Source of the DNA: Schizochytrium sp. TIO01
Lineage: Eukaryota; Protista; Bigyra: Labyrinthulomycetes
NCBI GenBank assembly: GCA_004764695.1
Contig: SMSO01000034.1
Span: 3,224,001 to 3,288,000, forward strand
Direction: 5' to 3'
DNA length: 64,000 bases
Below, one piece after another: positions 11,643-22,639 of the stretch; the stretch's first letter is position 1, and every line of letters begins with the position of its first letter. The notes beneath the pieces are model-generated. The model had not been told where the DNA came from, did not search any database, and saw only the letters and a program-made list of their open reading frames with translations. A program made the translations under genes and the position numbers.

Positions 11643-12963
11643 GAAAGAGGAAAAAGGAAAGAAAAAACGATACTACGAATCTGTGCATGCTTACAGACTG
11701 AATCGATCTGCCACGCACTGCTGATCTAGCAAACCTGTCTTGGATAAATAAAAAATAATTTCTGTACAACTTTGCATTTTCATCTACACTTACTTTTGCA
11801 TTAAGTAAATAGCTTGATTCATATCACATACATAACCTATCTTTTTGGTAAAATAGAGAAGACACTATATGGAAATTGATGGAGAATAATCAGTTTGCTT
11901 AAGACATTTACAACTAGTGAGATTAGTCCTTTTGCATGAATATTTTGAGATGTAAAACATCGTCGATGAGAATAGTGGCGTAGAAACCCTGTTAAGCGCC
12001 ACGGTGCACGACAAAGAATTTTTGGCGAAACCCCGTAATTGTTAGAAAAATAATGTGAAATAGAGACACTGAATTATATGAAGGCAAGCCAGGCTGTTGT
12101 GGAGCTGGTAGTGAGGTTTAAAGGCTAAAAGAAATTAGGCAATGCTCGTAAAGAGATACTCTGATGCTGCCTATGGTGGGAGCAAAGAGAAATCTGTACA
12201 GACCATTGCAGATGATTTCAGGTGAAGTAAGGGTGAGGAACAAGAGTGAGCGAAAGTAAAGTGGAGTGGTAACGATGGATGCATAATGAGAAGAGCGATA
12301 GCAAACGGTTGAGTTCGAGTGAGTATTGCGGAACATGTACTGAGAAAAGGGAAGAACAACGGAGAGAACGGCTACACAGTCATAATCGTTCCTTGCCTGG
12401 TTTCACGCAAAGTTAGGTCAGTAGCAGCATATACTTCAGAAAATGAAACCCAGGACTTCGTGTCACCTATGTAAAAGTTCTAGCAACAGAGAGAGCGAGG
12501 GCGAGAGAAAGGAAAAAAAGAAAGAATCAAAGAAATGAAACAAATCCAAAGATCACGCATATACACATTCACGCTGCAAAAGAATAAAAAGGAGACCAAA
12601 AGAATTTGGGGCTAGTCTATAAAACGAGGGTATACTTGCTTGGCGAAACGAGCGATGGTTGGGATATGGAACTTGAATAGGACTTTGAGGAATTAAATTG
12701 TAACGAATTTTCCAGCAAATCAAAATAACATGGAAAAGCAAACATCGCCATAATTCGCTCCCATAGCATGTCAAGTGTTCATAGTTCTTTGAAGGAATCA
12801 GGGAGCGCTCTGCTTCGTATATCATCACTTACTCACCCTCTCATGCTTAGTGCAACCGAACTAAATCCTTCAGTTCCACATTGTAGATAGAATTCGAAAA
12901 CAGCCCACCAGCCTCTCCACCGAAGGAAGAGCGAATACCTCTTTTTCATTCATTTCATTTAGT

Positions 12964-13741
12964 TTACTTGCAGCAGCCAGCGTTACTCTTGTCGCTCGTG
13001 TCTCCAATGACAACGTTGCGGGGCTCAGGGCCGCCAGAACCAGCGCCTGCCTCGTCACGAGCCTTGATGAGCTCAGCTGCCATGGCTAGAAAGGCTGCCT
13101 CAACATTGGATGCTGTCTTTGCACTGGTCTCAAGGAAGGGCATACCAAGCTTTTGCGCAAACTCCTCACCTTGCTGCGTGGAGATCTTCTTGTCCTCTCT
13201 ATCGCTCTTGTTGCCGATCAGCAGTTTACAAGTACCCTCGTTCGAGTACCGGTTAACTTCTTGCAACCAGTCTTGGACATGGTCAAAAGATTCTTGGTTT
13301 GTTACATCATACACCATGATGATGCCGTCTGCACCGCGGTAGTATGCGCTTGTAATTGTGCGGAAACGCTCCTGACCTGCAGTATCCCAAATTTGCAGCT
13401 TGACATACTTGTCATCTACGCGGACAGTTCGGAAACGAAAGTCGACACCAATGGTGCTAATGTACGACTCTGTGAAGCTGTCGTCTGCGAAACGAAGGAG
13501 CAGACAAGACTTGCCTACACCACTATCACCAATTAACACAAGCTGTGTAGATAAATCTCCAATTAAGCAATCATAATGGCATGTACAGTTAGATTCTGCT
13601 AGTATCCTATCTCCGAAACGAACAGGCGCTCGACAAACCTCAAATCGATTTGCAATAGAACTAGGTTCTTGAATGTTGATCAGTCAGTGGGGCACTTACC
13701 TTGAACAAGTAGTCATAGTCTCGCTTGACGGAGCCGGACAT
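12964..13741 (-). CDS. RAB1: Rab1 small GTPase, 206 aa; exons 13741-13700 and 13542-12964, phase-0 intron 13699-13543 (157 nt)
   Basis: Spliced product [14 protein letters not shown]|[12 protein letters not shown]. Motifs [38 protein letters not shown] and a C-terminal CCK prenylation site. Splice sites GTAAGT...CACAG. Confidence 0.96.
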
Positions 13742-15094
13742 GGTTGCCAGTGAAAGAAGGGTGCTACGGGAAGTCAAAGCGTCAAAAGCGGTTAAACGAG
13801 TTCTTCAAATTTCCTTCCCCTCCGGCCTCCGGGCTCAGCTGTGTCGTTCTGTGACATTAAGCCAGCATATTTGTACCGCACCATAGGTAGTGCAAGATTA
13901 GGTATACCCACATATAAATTCCACAATCGATGCGATTAAAGCTAACAGGTTAGTTCTCCTCTAGTTCGCCATTAAAATACCCATCTAGTTTTCCACCCGA
14001 GTTTGTATCCAGTGCCAGTGCCCTGAGAGGTTCTCTCCACCTTTGTATAAATGCCGACATGAATCTCGTTAACAAAATTTGATTATAATGCACAACCCTC
14101 CTGAAAGAGTGCGCATCCAACATCTATTGTAGCAAACTTCGCATCAACATTTATCAATTGGAGATTCACTCTACACCTTCAAATCTTTGTCATGAGGACT
14201 AGGAACAGTAGAAGGTGACGTCAACGACTATGATAAAGTAGCATTGGAAACTAAAGACAGCCAGGCAAGACTCCTTACAACTATCCCAGTCTACAAGAGC
14301 TACCTCACATTGAGGTTGGTTTTCCAAGTCTTTCCTGCACGCAGAATGGATAAAGAAAGAATAATGACTCCAGCTGCACACATTGCCTTCGTATTGGAGT
14401 TCCTTACATCTTCACCACCTCTGCAAGCTTGCATACCTATTCACTACTCTGCCCTGAGTATGTGACCCCTCAAGCGCCAGCAGGTCTTCTCGCGCGCGAG
14501 GGAGGGACGGAGAGTATTCGTAGCAAGAGAGGAGACATAGTTGAGGGCACTGTGGATGGCGACGGGCCTCGTCCAGCCTGGGCCTCGTCGTCATGTCGTG
14601 ACGAGGGCCGACGCAGGCCCGTCTCCGTCCACACAGTAAGAGCTGGCCACGTAAATAACAAAGGCGGGGCGCCAGGCCTTCCCCGCGCAGTCCCGCCGGA
14701 CACGCCCACCCGCACGCACGCACGTACAGTCGCTGATCAGTCGAGCAAGGATCGACTTTGATTCACTTTATTCCCCCATATTACCATATCATATGACAAT
14801 GAATGATCAATATACATTATAATCATTATAATCATTATAATCATTGTATCGTATAATCTTCATTATCGATATTCTCGTCTTTACTTCTTCTATTTTTAAA
14901 CTTCTTTTCTTTGTTAAATGATCTTCATTATATCTGAAGTGCGCATACTTATTCTTTGAGGGAGAAAACCTTTACGAAACAACCTCTAACAATATATGAA
15001 GGGGGCGTCTTAAAGTAAGCCACCTTTTTTAATTTAGTTTAAACTAGTAGCTAGTAGTAATTTAAACTTTACTCTAATCATCAAAAGAACAGGG

Positions 15095-15560
15095 TATTCT
15101 ACTCTGTTCTTCATTGAGTGTCTATTGATACTGTTCTTCTCAAACTTTATGCTTAACCTTATCTTATTGCTTCACTTAGTGCTATTAGTACTGTTCTTCT
15201 CAAACTTTATGCTTTACTTAATAACTTATTACTACTGTTCTTTTCATGCTATTGCTTCACTGTTCTTCTTAAATTTTATGTTTCTTAGTCTTATTCCTTC
15301 ACTTAACTTTATAGTTGATGTTCTTCGCAAACTTTATGTTTAACCTCATCTTATTGCTTTACTTAGTGTTATTCACTGTTCTTAATTTGAAGGCTATTTA
15401 TAAAAAAAGAAAATTCTTGGCTTCTCAAAATTTATGCTCTACTTAAGCAGTGTTCTTCTTTAACTTATGTTTTGCAGCTTATTCTTTTTCCTTTACTTAA
15501 CCTCATTGCTACTGTTCTTCTCAAACGTTATGTTCTTCTTAAACTTTATGTATTCTACTT
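15095..15560. repeat. Degenerate AT-rich minisatellite, core CTGTTCTTCTCAAACTTTATG, ~7 copies at roughly 60-bp spacing
   Basis: Core variants near 15131, 15191, 15260, 15318, 15421, 15512 and 15531. Confidence 0.75.
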
Positions 15561-18423
15561 ACGGAGTACCCACGAGAAATCATGAATCCTCACATTGTTC
15601 TTCCATTCGAAATACGGAATAGCTCTATTTAGGCGTTCTGTTCTTGTTGAGCTCAAAATTCGGCACTCACCTAGTAAAATCTAACATTTACATTAGCGAC
15701 GTAGTCCCAATGCACAGCTACAGTATCATTCAAAAGAAAGATTGTTGCTTTCTCGTTTCAATATTCAATTATGTTCGTTCCGTGAATGTAGTCTAACTCA
15801 ACTATTCAGCTGGTCTATACATTACCTGCCACTTCCGACCGAACACAGTCCCGAACGTGCAAAGAATTCGACATATACGAATACGAAACACATTATGTTG
15901 TAACTCTGGATACCAAGCAAAAAGGAAACCAACTTATACTTTACATCACTAACCTCTTCTTTTTCACACAGTTATTGTACTTACCAATAAAGACCTCCCG
16001 CGATACCTCGAAGATCCCTACGAATCGCCCATCGTAAGTACCAAGCTTTGGACCATTCCTGACATCACCAGGTATCAAGCTCGCGCCCAGAATTCATTCC
16101 TTCAAGGAGAACTCGTCCCCTCACATCAGACAGCACATCGAAACAAGGTTCGACGTCCGAATTTCATACTTCAGGCAGCATATTCAAACACAAGGTTATA
16201 GAATAGCATGAGCGACATGGACACAAGCTTGGACTGTATTTGTAAGTCTGTAAAACACGCCTTATAGCAATAAACCCTTAAAACACACAAATATAAAATA
16301 TAGAACATTCGAAACGGGAGTTTTTAACATAATGCACAAACATACATACGCTTGCCGCTCCCATTTTTTATTTTTTTTTTTTTGGGGGGGGGGTCTTTTT
16401 CCTCTGTGTACATACATAGTATCGAAGCAAATGATAAAGACACAGCGCTAGAGTATTAGCTCGTTTCTTGTATTTTATTTCTGGCTCATGTAAAAGCTGG
16501 CTTTAAAGTTGGTTCTTGATTTGGCAGCTGGCGAGGAGGACACACTAGAATGAATGAGTTTGGGCGTACTCTAATTTCCTCTGGTGTTTTGTCTGTTGTC
16601 TCTTATTGATCTTTCTACCTGATGCTGCAACACAAAGAAATAACCTATGAGAGCGAAGAGAATGGAATGAGTAGCTATTACTAATCATTATCACTAGAAC
16701 ATGTAGAAAGAGATACAGCGACAATAAATCTGCGAAATAAACGACTACAATTTCTAGGGAGGTTCTTCAGAAATGCATAGGTCTCACTGAGAGATTTAGG
16801 AATCTCCTCGCGAAGAAAACACATATGACAAATTCTATGATCATCGATTACCTTCAATGCAAATATATATATAAGAATGAATAAACAGACAAAGTATAGA
16901 TTATTTATCAAGATGCTCTAGCCTGGCCTGAGCTGAGCTAATCTAGCGTCTGCAATGCAATGAATATGCACCCAATAAGAAGCATCACCGCGCCTTAAAC
17001 TTCGCACATACCTTTCATTTAAGCTCATTTCTTTCAATTCCCAGGCCAACTGCAAGATCTAGCGCTGCCCGCCTAGTACCCAGTCTAAAGAAGCCCTTAA
17101 AACACCACGAGATTGAATTACACACACCTCCACCAGCGCAAAATCAAAGTCAAAGCACACGAGCCAGGTCAATAATTGCAATCTCTAACAATTGGATGCC
17201 TTTAGAGGAAAGCGTAACCTGCAGTACAGACGGATTCACAAGATCACTTAAGTACACAGTCGAGGATAGCGTACTTCGCTTTCACCAGCAGCTGCCCAGT
17301 TTTCTTGTGCCCCAAACATTTCCCAAGCCGGCCAATACACAGCAAACCGTCCAAAATGAGCACGATCTCGGCAGTCTTTGTAGTACGTAGGTAACGAATG
17401 AACGAATGAACACCGGTGGGAATAAAATAAAAAGAAAGAAGATAAATGACGATGATGCTTTGTGGGATTCTTTGCTGTCAAGAGGCAATCGGAAACGGCC
17501 CGGCATTCGCAACCGTCGCTGCAGGAAATAGCCAACGCATTGAGGAGCGGTGCTGATAAACAGGCATCGCATTACGGTCGCCATCCACGTCGAGCACAAC
17601 TTGAAGGAAACGCAGATCGTCAAATCGAAATAGTAATTCTTTTGCCCCAAGTTTTTCCAGTTTATGTTTCTCCTATGTACGCATAACCCACTACTATTGC
17701 CACCACGACCCTCTTTTACCATTATTATTATTGTTATTATTTTTTTCTTTTAAAACTATAATATATATAATTAATATTAAAATTGAAGAAGAGAAGAAGT
17801 ACCGACCATTTTCGACAAAAAGGTTATCATGACTCCTAACCGCCCTCCTATGCTATACACTAACCTTATTATTTTTCCCCTCGCTCTAACTCTGTCGTTG
17901 TGTCTCCCTAGGCTTACCTACCATTTCCTCTATACAGTCCTACAGATTGATCGCGAAAGAACGGAGCCCGAGGCCTCAGTAGAGCCTTTCTATTTCAAAC
18001 GCTAGTAGTTCCCTCCTACCCGAGAGCACTAGCAGCGGCTTAGTGGACACATTCATTCTCCTTTCGTGCTGATGCGACTGTTAGCCAGCTAGCTTTATCT
18101 CTAGAACTGCGCTAGGGGGACCGGCCCTAACAGAGATGAGGCGAGTCTAGAATTTTTTAATTCTATTCTTTTTCTCTACTGCTTAGTATCTCTAATTAGT
18201 AGTAAGTAACTTGGAAAGAAAGCTTCGAGTGTTATGACCCTTAGGCTTTTTAATCTATAAATCTATTTATTTTTTTATTGAATAAATAAAATGAAAATGA
18301 AAATAAAAAGAGGTACTATGATTGATCATCCCATCGCACTAAAGGATTCCTATCATGGCTCCTATGATGACTAAGCATTAGCACTACCTAGGGGGTCTTA
18401 TGCTATACAACTGCTATCCATAA

Positions 18424-18424
18424 C

Positions 18425-18461
<37 letters not shown>

Positions 18462-18462
18462 A

Positions 18463-18494
<32 letters not shown>

Positions 18495-18512
18495 ATAGTA
18501 CTAATAGTAATA
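18424..18512. repeat. (TAG)n microsatellite
   Basis: Directly visible. Confidence 0.97.
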
Positions 18513-18715
18513 CTGCTACAGTGGAATGAGGCGGAGCGAACGAAGGAAAAAGAACAATGAGAAGAACTCCTCCGGAGGCCCGAAACAGGAGTGAGAAAAG
18601 ACCGCTCAAGCCGCAGAGGCAGCTTCGAAGTGCGGCCTTTGCGTCCTCAGACGCCGCCGTTGCCGAGCTTCATCAGCGTGGAAGCGACCGCGAGAGGTGG
18701 AGAGATCCTCTCTTC

Positions 18716-18764
<49 letters not shown>
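18716..18764. repeat. (TCTG)n microsatellite
   Basis: Directly visible. Confidence 0.97.
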
Positions 18765-18854
18765 GATTAGGCTCGCATACAGAGAGGGATAGGAGTACGT
18801 TAGTGGCAGATAGGGTTTACTGGAGAGGCACCAGAAGGTGGGTATTTTCTTAAT

Positions 18855-19243
18855 TTGATTGTTTGTTTGTTTGTTTGTTTGTTTGTTTGTTTATATATTA
18901 ATTTAGTAGTTTGCTGATTTGTTTGTTTTTAGCTGTTTAGTTGTTTGTTGATGGTGTTTGTTTGTTTGTTGTTGTGTTGGTTTGTTGTGTTGGTTTTGGT
19001 TGTGCTCGTTCTGATTGATTGTTCGGTTTGTTTGTCTGTTTTGTTGTAGTTTTTTGTTGTTGCTATTGCTATTGCTCACTGCTTATGGGTCTATTGGTTG
19101 TTTAGTTTGGTATTCTGAATGAGGCGACTGTTTAATTGGTATTGTGAATTGAGTGAGTGTTTGATTGATTGTTTATTTATTTATTTATTTATCTATTTAT
19201 CTATTTTTTATTTGTTTGTTCAATTTGCTTGTTTATTTATTTA
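18855..19243. repeat. (TTTG)n/(TTTA)n low-complexity tract
   Basis: Directly visible upstream of the E2 gene. Confidence 0.9.
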
Positions 19244-19387
19244 GCCTCTTTGGAGCAAGACAACAGTTCATTCAATATTCAATTAAGCATCGGCGCTCTG
19301 GAGAAAAGCGCGTGGGCTTGCGAGCGCAGTGGACTGGAGCGAGCGGGGGTAGTGCGTTTGAGGAGACGGCCAAAGGTAGCTGAAAAG

Positions 19388-19933
19388 ATGTCTGAAGCTA
19401 GCGCAGCTGCAGGCGGCAACTTGTCGTCATATGCCAAACATCACCTCATGTCGCAGCTGGCGGAGCTGAAGAAGTCACCACCCGACAACGTCTCTATCGG
19501 CCTGCACGAGGACCAGCTGCACATTTGGGAATGCATGTTCATGGGACCCAACGGATCTCTGTACGAAGGAGGCTTCTTCAAAGCGCTTCTCGAATTCCCG
19601 CCAGACTACCCAAACAACCCTCCCAAAATGCGCTTCGTGACGCCCATTCTGCACCCCAACGTGTACCCCGACGGCAAGGTCTGCATTTCCATTCTTCACC
19701 CTCCCGGTGAAGATAAGTTCAACGAGCAGGAAAGTGCTGATGAAAGATGGCGTCCCATCCTCGGCGTCGAGGCTGTGCTCATCTCGGTGCTTTCCATGCT
19801 CACCGACGACGAGCCGAACCTGGACTCCCCTGCAAACATTGATGCCGCCAAGCTCTACCGCGAGGACATCAAGGCCTACAAGAAGCAGGTTCGCAGGATG
19901 ACGCAGAGATCTGCAGAGTCCTACTTTGACTGA
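19388..19933 (+). CDS. UBC7: Ubiquitin-conjugating enzyme E2, Ubc7/UBE2G1 (Cdc34-like, acidic-loop) class, 181 aa
   Basis: FPPDYPNNPP and HPNVYPDGKVCISILH (active Cys), followed by the acidic insertion PPGEDKFNEQESADERW, then SPAN. True ATG at 19388; the longer ORF call runs into microsatellite sequence. Confidence 0.93.
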   Translation: MSEASAAAGGNLSSYAKHHLMSQLAELKKSPPDNVSIGLHEDQLHIWECMFMGPNGSLYEGGFFKALLEFPPDYPNNPPKMRFVTPILHPNVYPDGKVCISILHPPGEDKFNEQESADERWRPILGVEAVLISVLSMLTDDEPNLDSPANIDAAKLYREDIKAYKKQVRRMTQRSAESYFD

Positions 19934-21010
19934 GCTAATGACTAAAACTAACGCTATTCAGCACACAACGACGAGTCGCAACAAATCTCGCAACTTTTTC
20001 CCCTCGGCATCGACGTGATCAACATCATCAACCTTATGACAGAATTTAAGAACAAAACACGCCCACAACACAGCAAATAATCTAAAAACAATAACATGTA
20101 TGCACTCATTACCTTCCATTGCCTGCTGTTTTTCTTGGCCTTTCTTGCACGCAAGTAAAGTGCCATACTGCAGAATAGCAAATCACTAAAGAGACATTCA
20201 TGTTGCCATTTATGGAGTGGCTTTCGAATTCATCGCTCAAACCTAAAAGAGTGGTGCAACTTGAATTTTGAGAACTTCATTTCTACATCGCTGTTTCTGC
20301 GAGCGTACCTTATTCACGCTTGCTTCCGTCAAGTTAGTCCATCCGCTCAGAAGAGATCTCTCACTCATTTTTAGACAAGATTAAATTTATAACGAAACTA
20401 AGAACGAATATACACCCATTTTAAGCCATTCAAATGCTGACCCATATAACTTGTTGTGGCCTCTAACTCTAGATCAGTACCACCTACTTTTTGAAATGAC
20501 AGTAAGCACCTCCACAAACTACGAGCCAGAATCTCAGTGTCCCCTCCCCACTAAAAACTTCCAGATCTGGAAAGGCTCGAGCGCCCACAAACCAATCCTT
20601 AGTCTGCAACAAAGCGAGCGTGCAGGTCACATTTAAGCCCGTCCACCAAGATTTTATGAAAAAACCACATCCTCAAAATCAAACTTCACAAAGACAAAGT
20701 GTAAGGAAATTTATGGTCATGATGCGAAGTTCCTGTCTCATGTTACTCAGTTTTTTTTGGGGGGGGGGTGAACATCGAAAGTTAGCAGGTACCACCTACA
20801 AGGTACCAGATCAGATCAGGCTCAGGGAAAAAAGAACCTCTTTTTCAACAGTCCTATTAGCAACTAATAGAAGTGATAGTACCCTAACATCTGTGCGGGG
20901 CAAAGTACTAAACTAACGCCGTTGCCGAGTCTGCAAATCCGATCAAATCAAGAATAGATCAAGATATCACAGGCGCCTAGGACGCCTCGGGGCGTCTTGA
21001 CGGGCTTGGC

Positions 21011-22639
21011 ATGGACGTAGAGAACCTTGCATCGTCGGAGGAAACACAGGATACTGAAGACGACGACGAAGAAGATCGCAGCATGGACGAGCCGGTTTCC
21101 AGCGGCCTTCAGACAGCACCTGCGTCGGAACGTGCCCAAGGAAACAGGAAACCTGTATATGGAGCACGAGATTTTGGGTACACGTACGCCAAAGTCTCCC
21201 AAGACGAAGACTTGGAAAGGAATCCAGAACCAGCACAAGCTAATGCCAAATCAGGGAAATCTGACGCATCATTATGGATGTTCGCTGATGACGAGTACGG
21301 TAAGCAAGAGTACTTGCCATTCCAGCACGTTTCATATTCTGAGGATGAACCTGATGTAGATCCGCAGGTCGCAGCTGCTGTCGGTGGATGCGCGTGCTGC
21401 TGCTTGCTGAGTTTCGCTGCACTCATTGCTGGCGCATTTTTGCAATCAGGGATTGAGAATGAAAGCGGAACAGAGATTGCTGGTACAGTCCTCCTCGCTG
21501 TTGGCGTCTTTCTCTTTGTAGTAATGCTTCTGCTCTGTTGTATCTCAATCGGAGTGTGCTGCTCGAAGGGTTCCTCTCTGGGCAACACACAAAAATCAAA
21601 CACGCGCAAATGGGCATTCAAGCGTCTCAATGATCGCTTTACGCAGGAAATCGATGCTTACGACAATCTGCGATATTACGTTGGTGACCGCAGCAAAGAG
21701 TTTAAGGAAAAAGGTAAAAAGGAGAGCAAGGAGAACTCATCACGCAAGAAGAATGTTCAGTCACAAGAAGACGAAGCATTGAAAAAGGACCTTGAGTCTG
21801 GTCTTACCACCACTGCAATTCAGAACCGTCGTCGCCCTACCATCTTCAAAATTGTCTTCGATGGTGACATCTACGTGTCTACGATTGACTCTCTCCGGGA
21901 TCAAATTACGATGTGCTTAGTTATGGGTAGCAAATATGATACTGTTTGCGTCGTTCTCACCTCTGGAGGTGGCGCTGTTACTATGTACGGTTTAGCAGCT
22001 GCTCAGCTGGCGCGGGTTCGCAAGCGCGGTATGAAGCTTATTGTTTGTGTTGATTCTATTGCTGCTAGTGGCGGCTATATGATGGCTGCTATGGCAGATG
22101 AAATTTATGCATCTCCGTTTGCCCTTGTCGGCTCAATTGGCGTAATCTCGATCGTTCCCAATGTGCAAAAGCTCCTTGAGAAACACAATATCTCTACCTA
22201 TGTCTTCACTGCGGGTAAGTACAAGCGTACAGTTGATGTAATTGGTGAGGTGACAGAGGACGGCAAGAAAAAAATGCACGAGGAGCTTGAAGAAATTCAT
22301 CAGGTATTTAAAGACCACATTGTGGCCAACCGCCCTGCCTTGCGGGAAACTATCGATGAGGTGGCAACTGGTGAGGCATGGCTTGCTATTGAGGGTAAGA
22401 AGAAGGGTCTTGTCGACGTCTTGGAAACTAGCGACGAGTATTTGCTATCCATGGCACCATCGCATGATCTTATTGAAATTAAGCCTCGACCAGTAAAAAA
22501 GTTTCCCGAGAACCTTTTTGAGTCTGCAGCAAAGGCCACGGCTAGCATTTGGGGCCACTTTACCTCAAAGGCGCCTCTTTCTGCCACCGCAGCGGCCCTC
22601 TCCTCTCAAAATACTGTCTCTAACTCTCTTGCGGTGTAG
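21011..22639 (+). CDS. sohB: Peptidase family S49, SohB-type serine protease with an N-terminal acidic region and two TM helices (542 aa)
   Basis: LTSGGGAVTMYGLAAAQLARVR, VDSIAASGGYMMA, ASPFALVGSIGV, TAGKYKRTV, VATGEAW and GLVD...TSDEY are all collinear with bacterial SohB. Confidence 0.9.
   Translation: MDVENLASSEETQDTEDDDEEDRSMDEPVSSGLQTAPASERAQGNRKPVYGARDFGYTYAKVSQDEDLERNPEPAQANAKSGKSDASLWMFADDEYGKQEYLPFQHVSYSEDEPDVDPQVAAAVGGCACCCLLSFAALIAGAFLQSGIENESGTEIAGTVLLAVGVFLFVVMLLLCCISIGVCCSKGSSLGNTQKSNTRKWAFKRLNDRFTQEIDAYDNLRYYVGDRSKEFKEKGKKESKENSSRKKNVQSQEDEALKKDLESGLTTTAIQNRRRPTIFKIVFDGDIYVSTIDSLRDQITMCLVMGSKYDTVCVVLTSGGGAVTMYGLAAAQLARVRKRGMKLIVCVDSIAASGGYMMAAMADEIYASPFALVGSIGVISIVPNVQKLLEKHNISTYVFTAGKYKRTVDVIGEVTEDGKKKMHEELEEIHQVFKDHIVANRPALRETIDEVATGEAWLAIEGKKKGLVDVLETSDEYLLSMAPSHDLIEIKPRPVKKFPENLFESAAKATASIWGHFTSKAPLSATAAALSSQNTVSNSLAV

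Noticed and set aside
14999-15048. Imperfect hairpin followed by CTAGT, like a Helitron 3' end
   Set aside because: Weak stem, no matching 5' end or Rep/helicase remnant, and no second copy in the window.
18403-18766. Poly-Leu and (VCLS)n membrane-like ORFs
   Set aside because: Translations of the (TAG)n and (TCTG)n microsatellites.
19169-19387. 73-aa N-terminal extension of the E2 ORF
   Set aside because: Non-ATG start within the (TTTA)n repeat; the first ATG at 19388 gives a normal-length E2.
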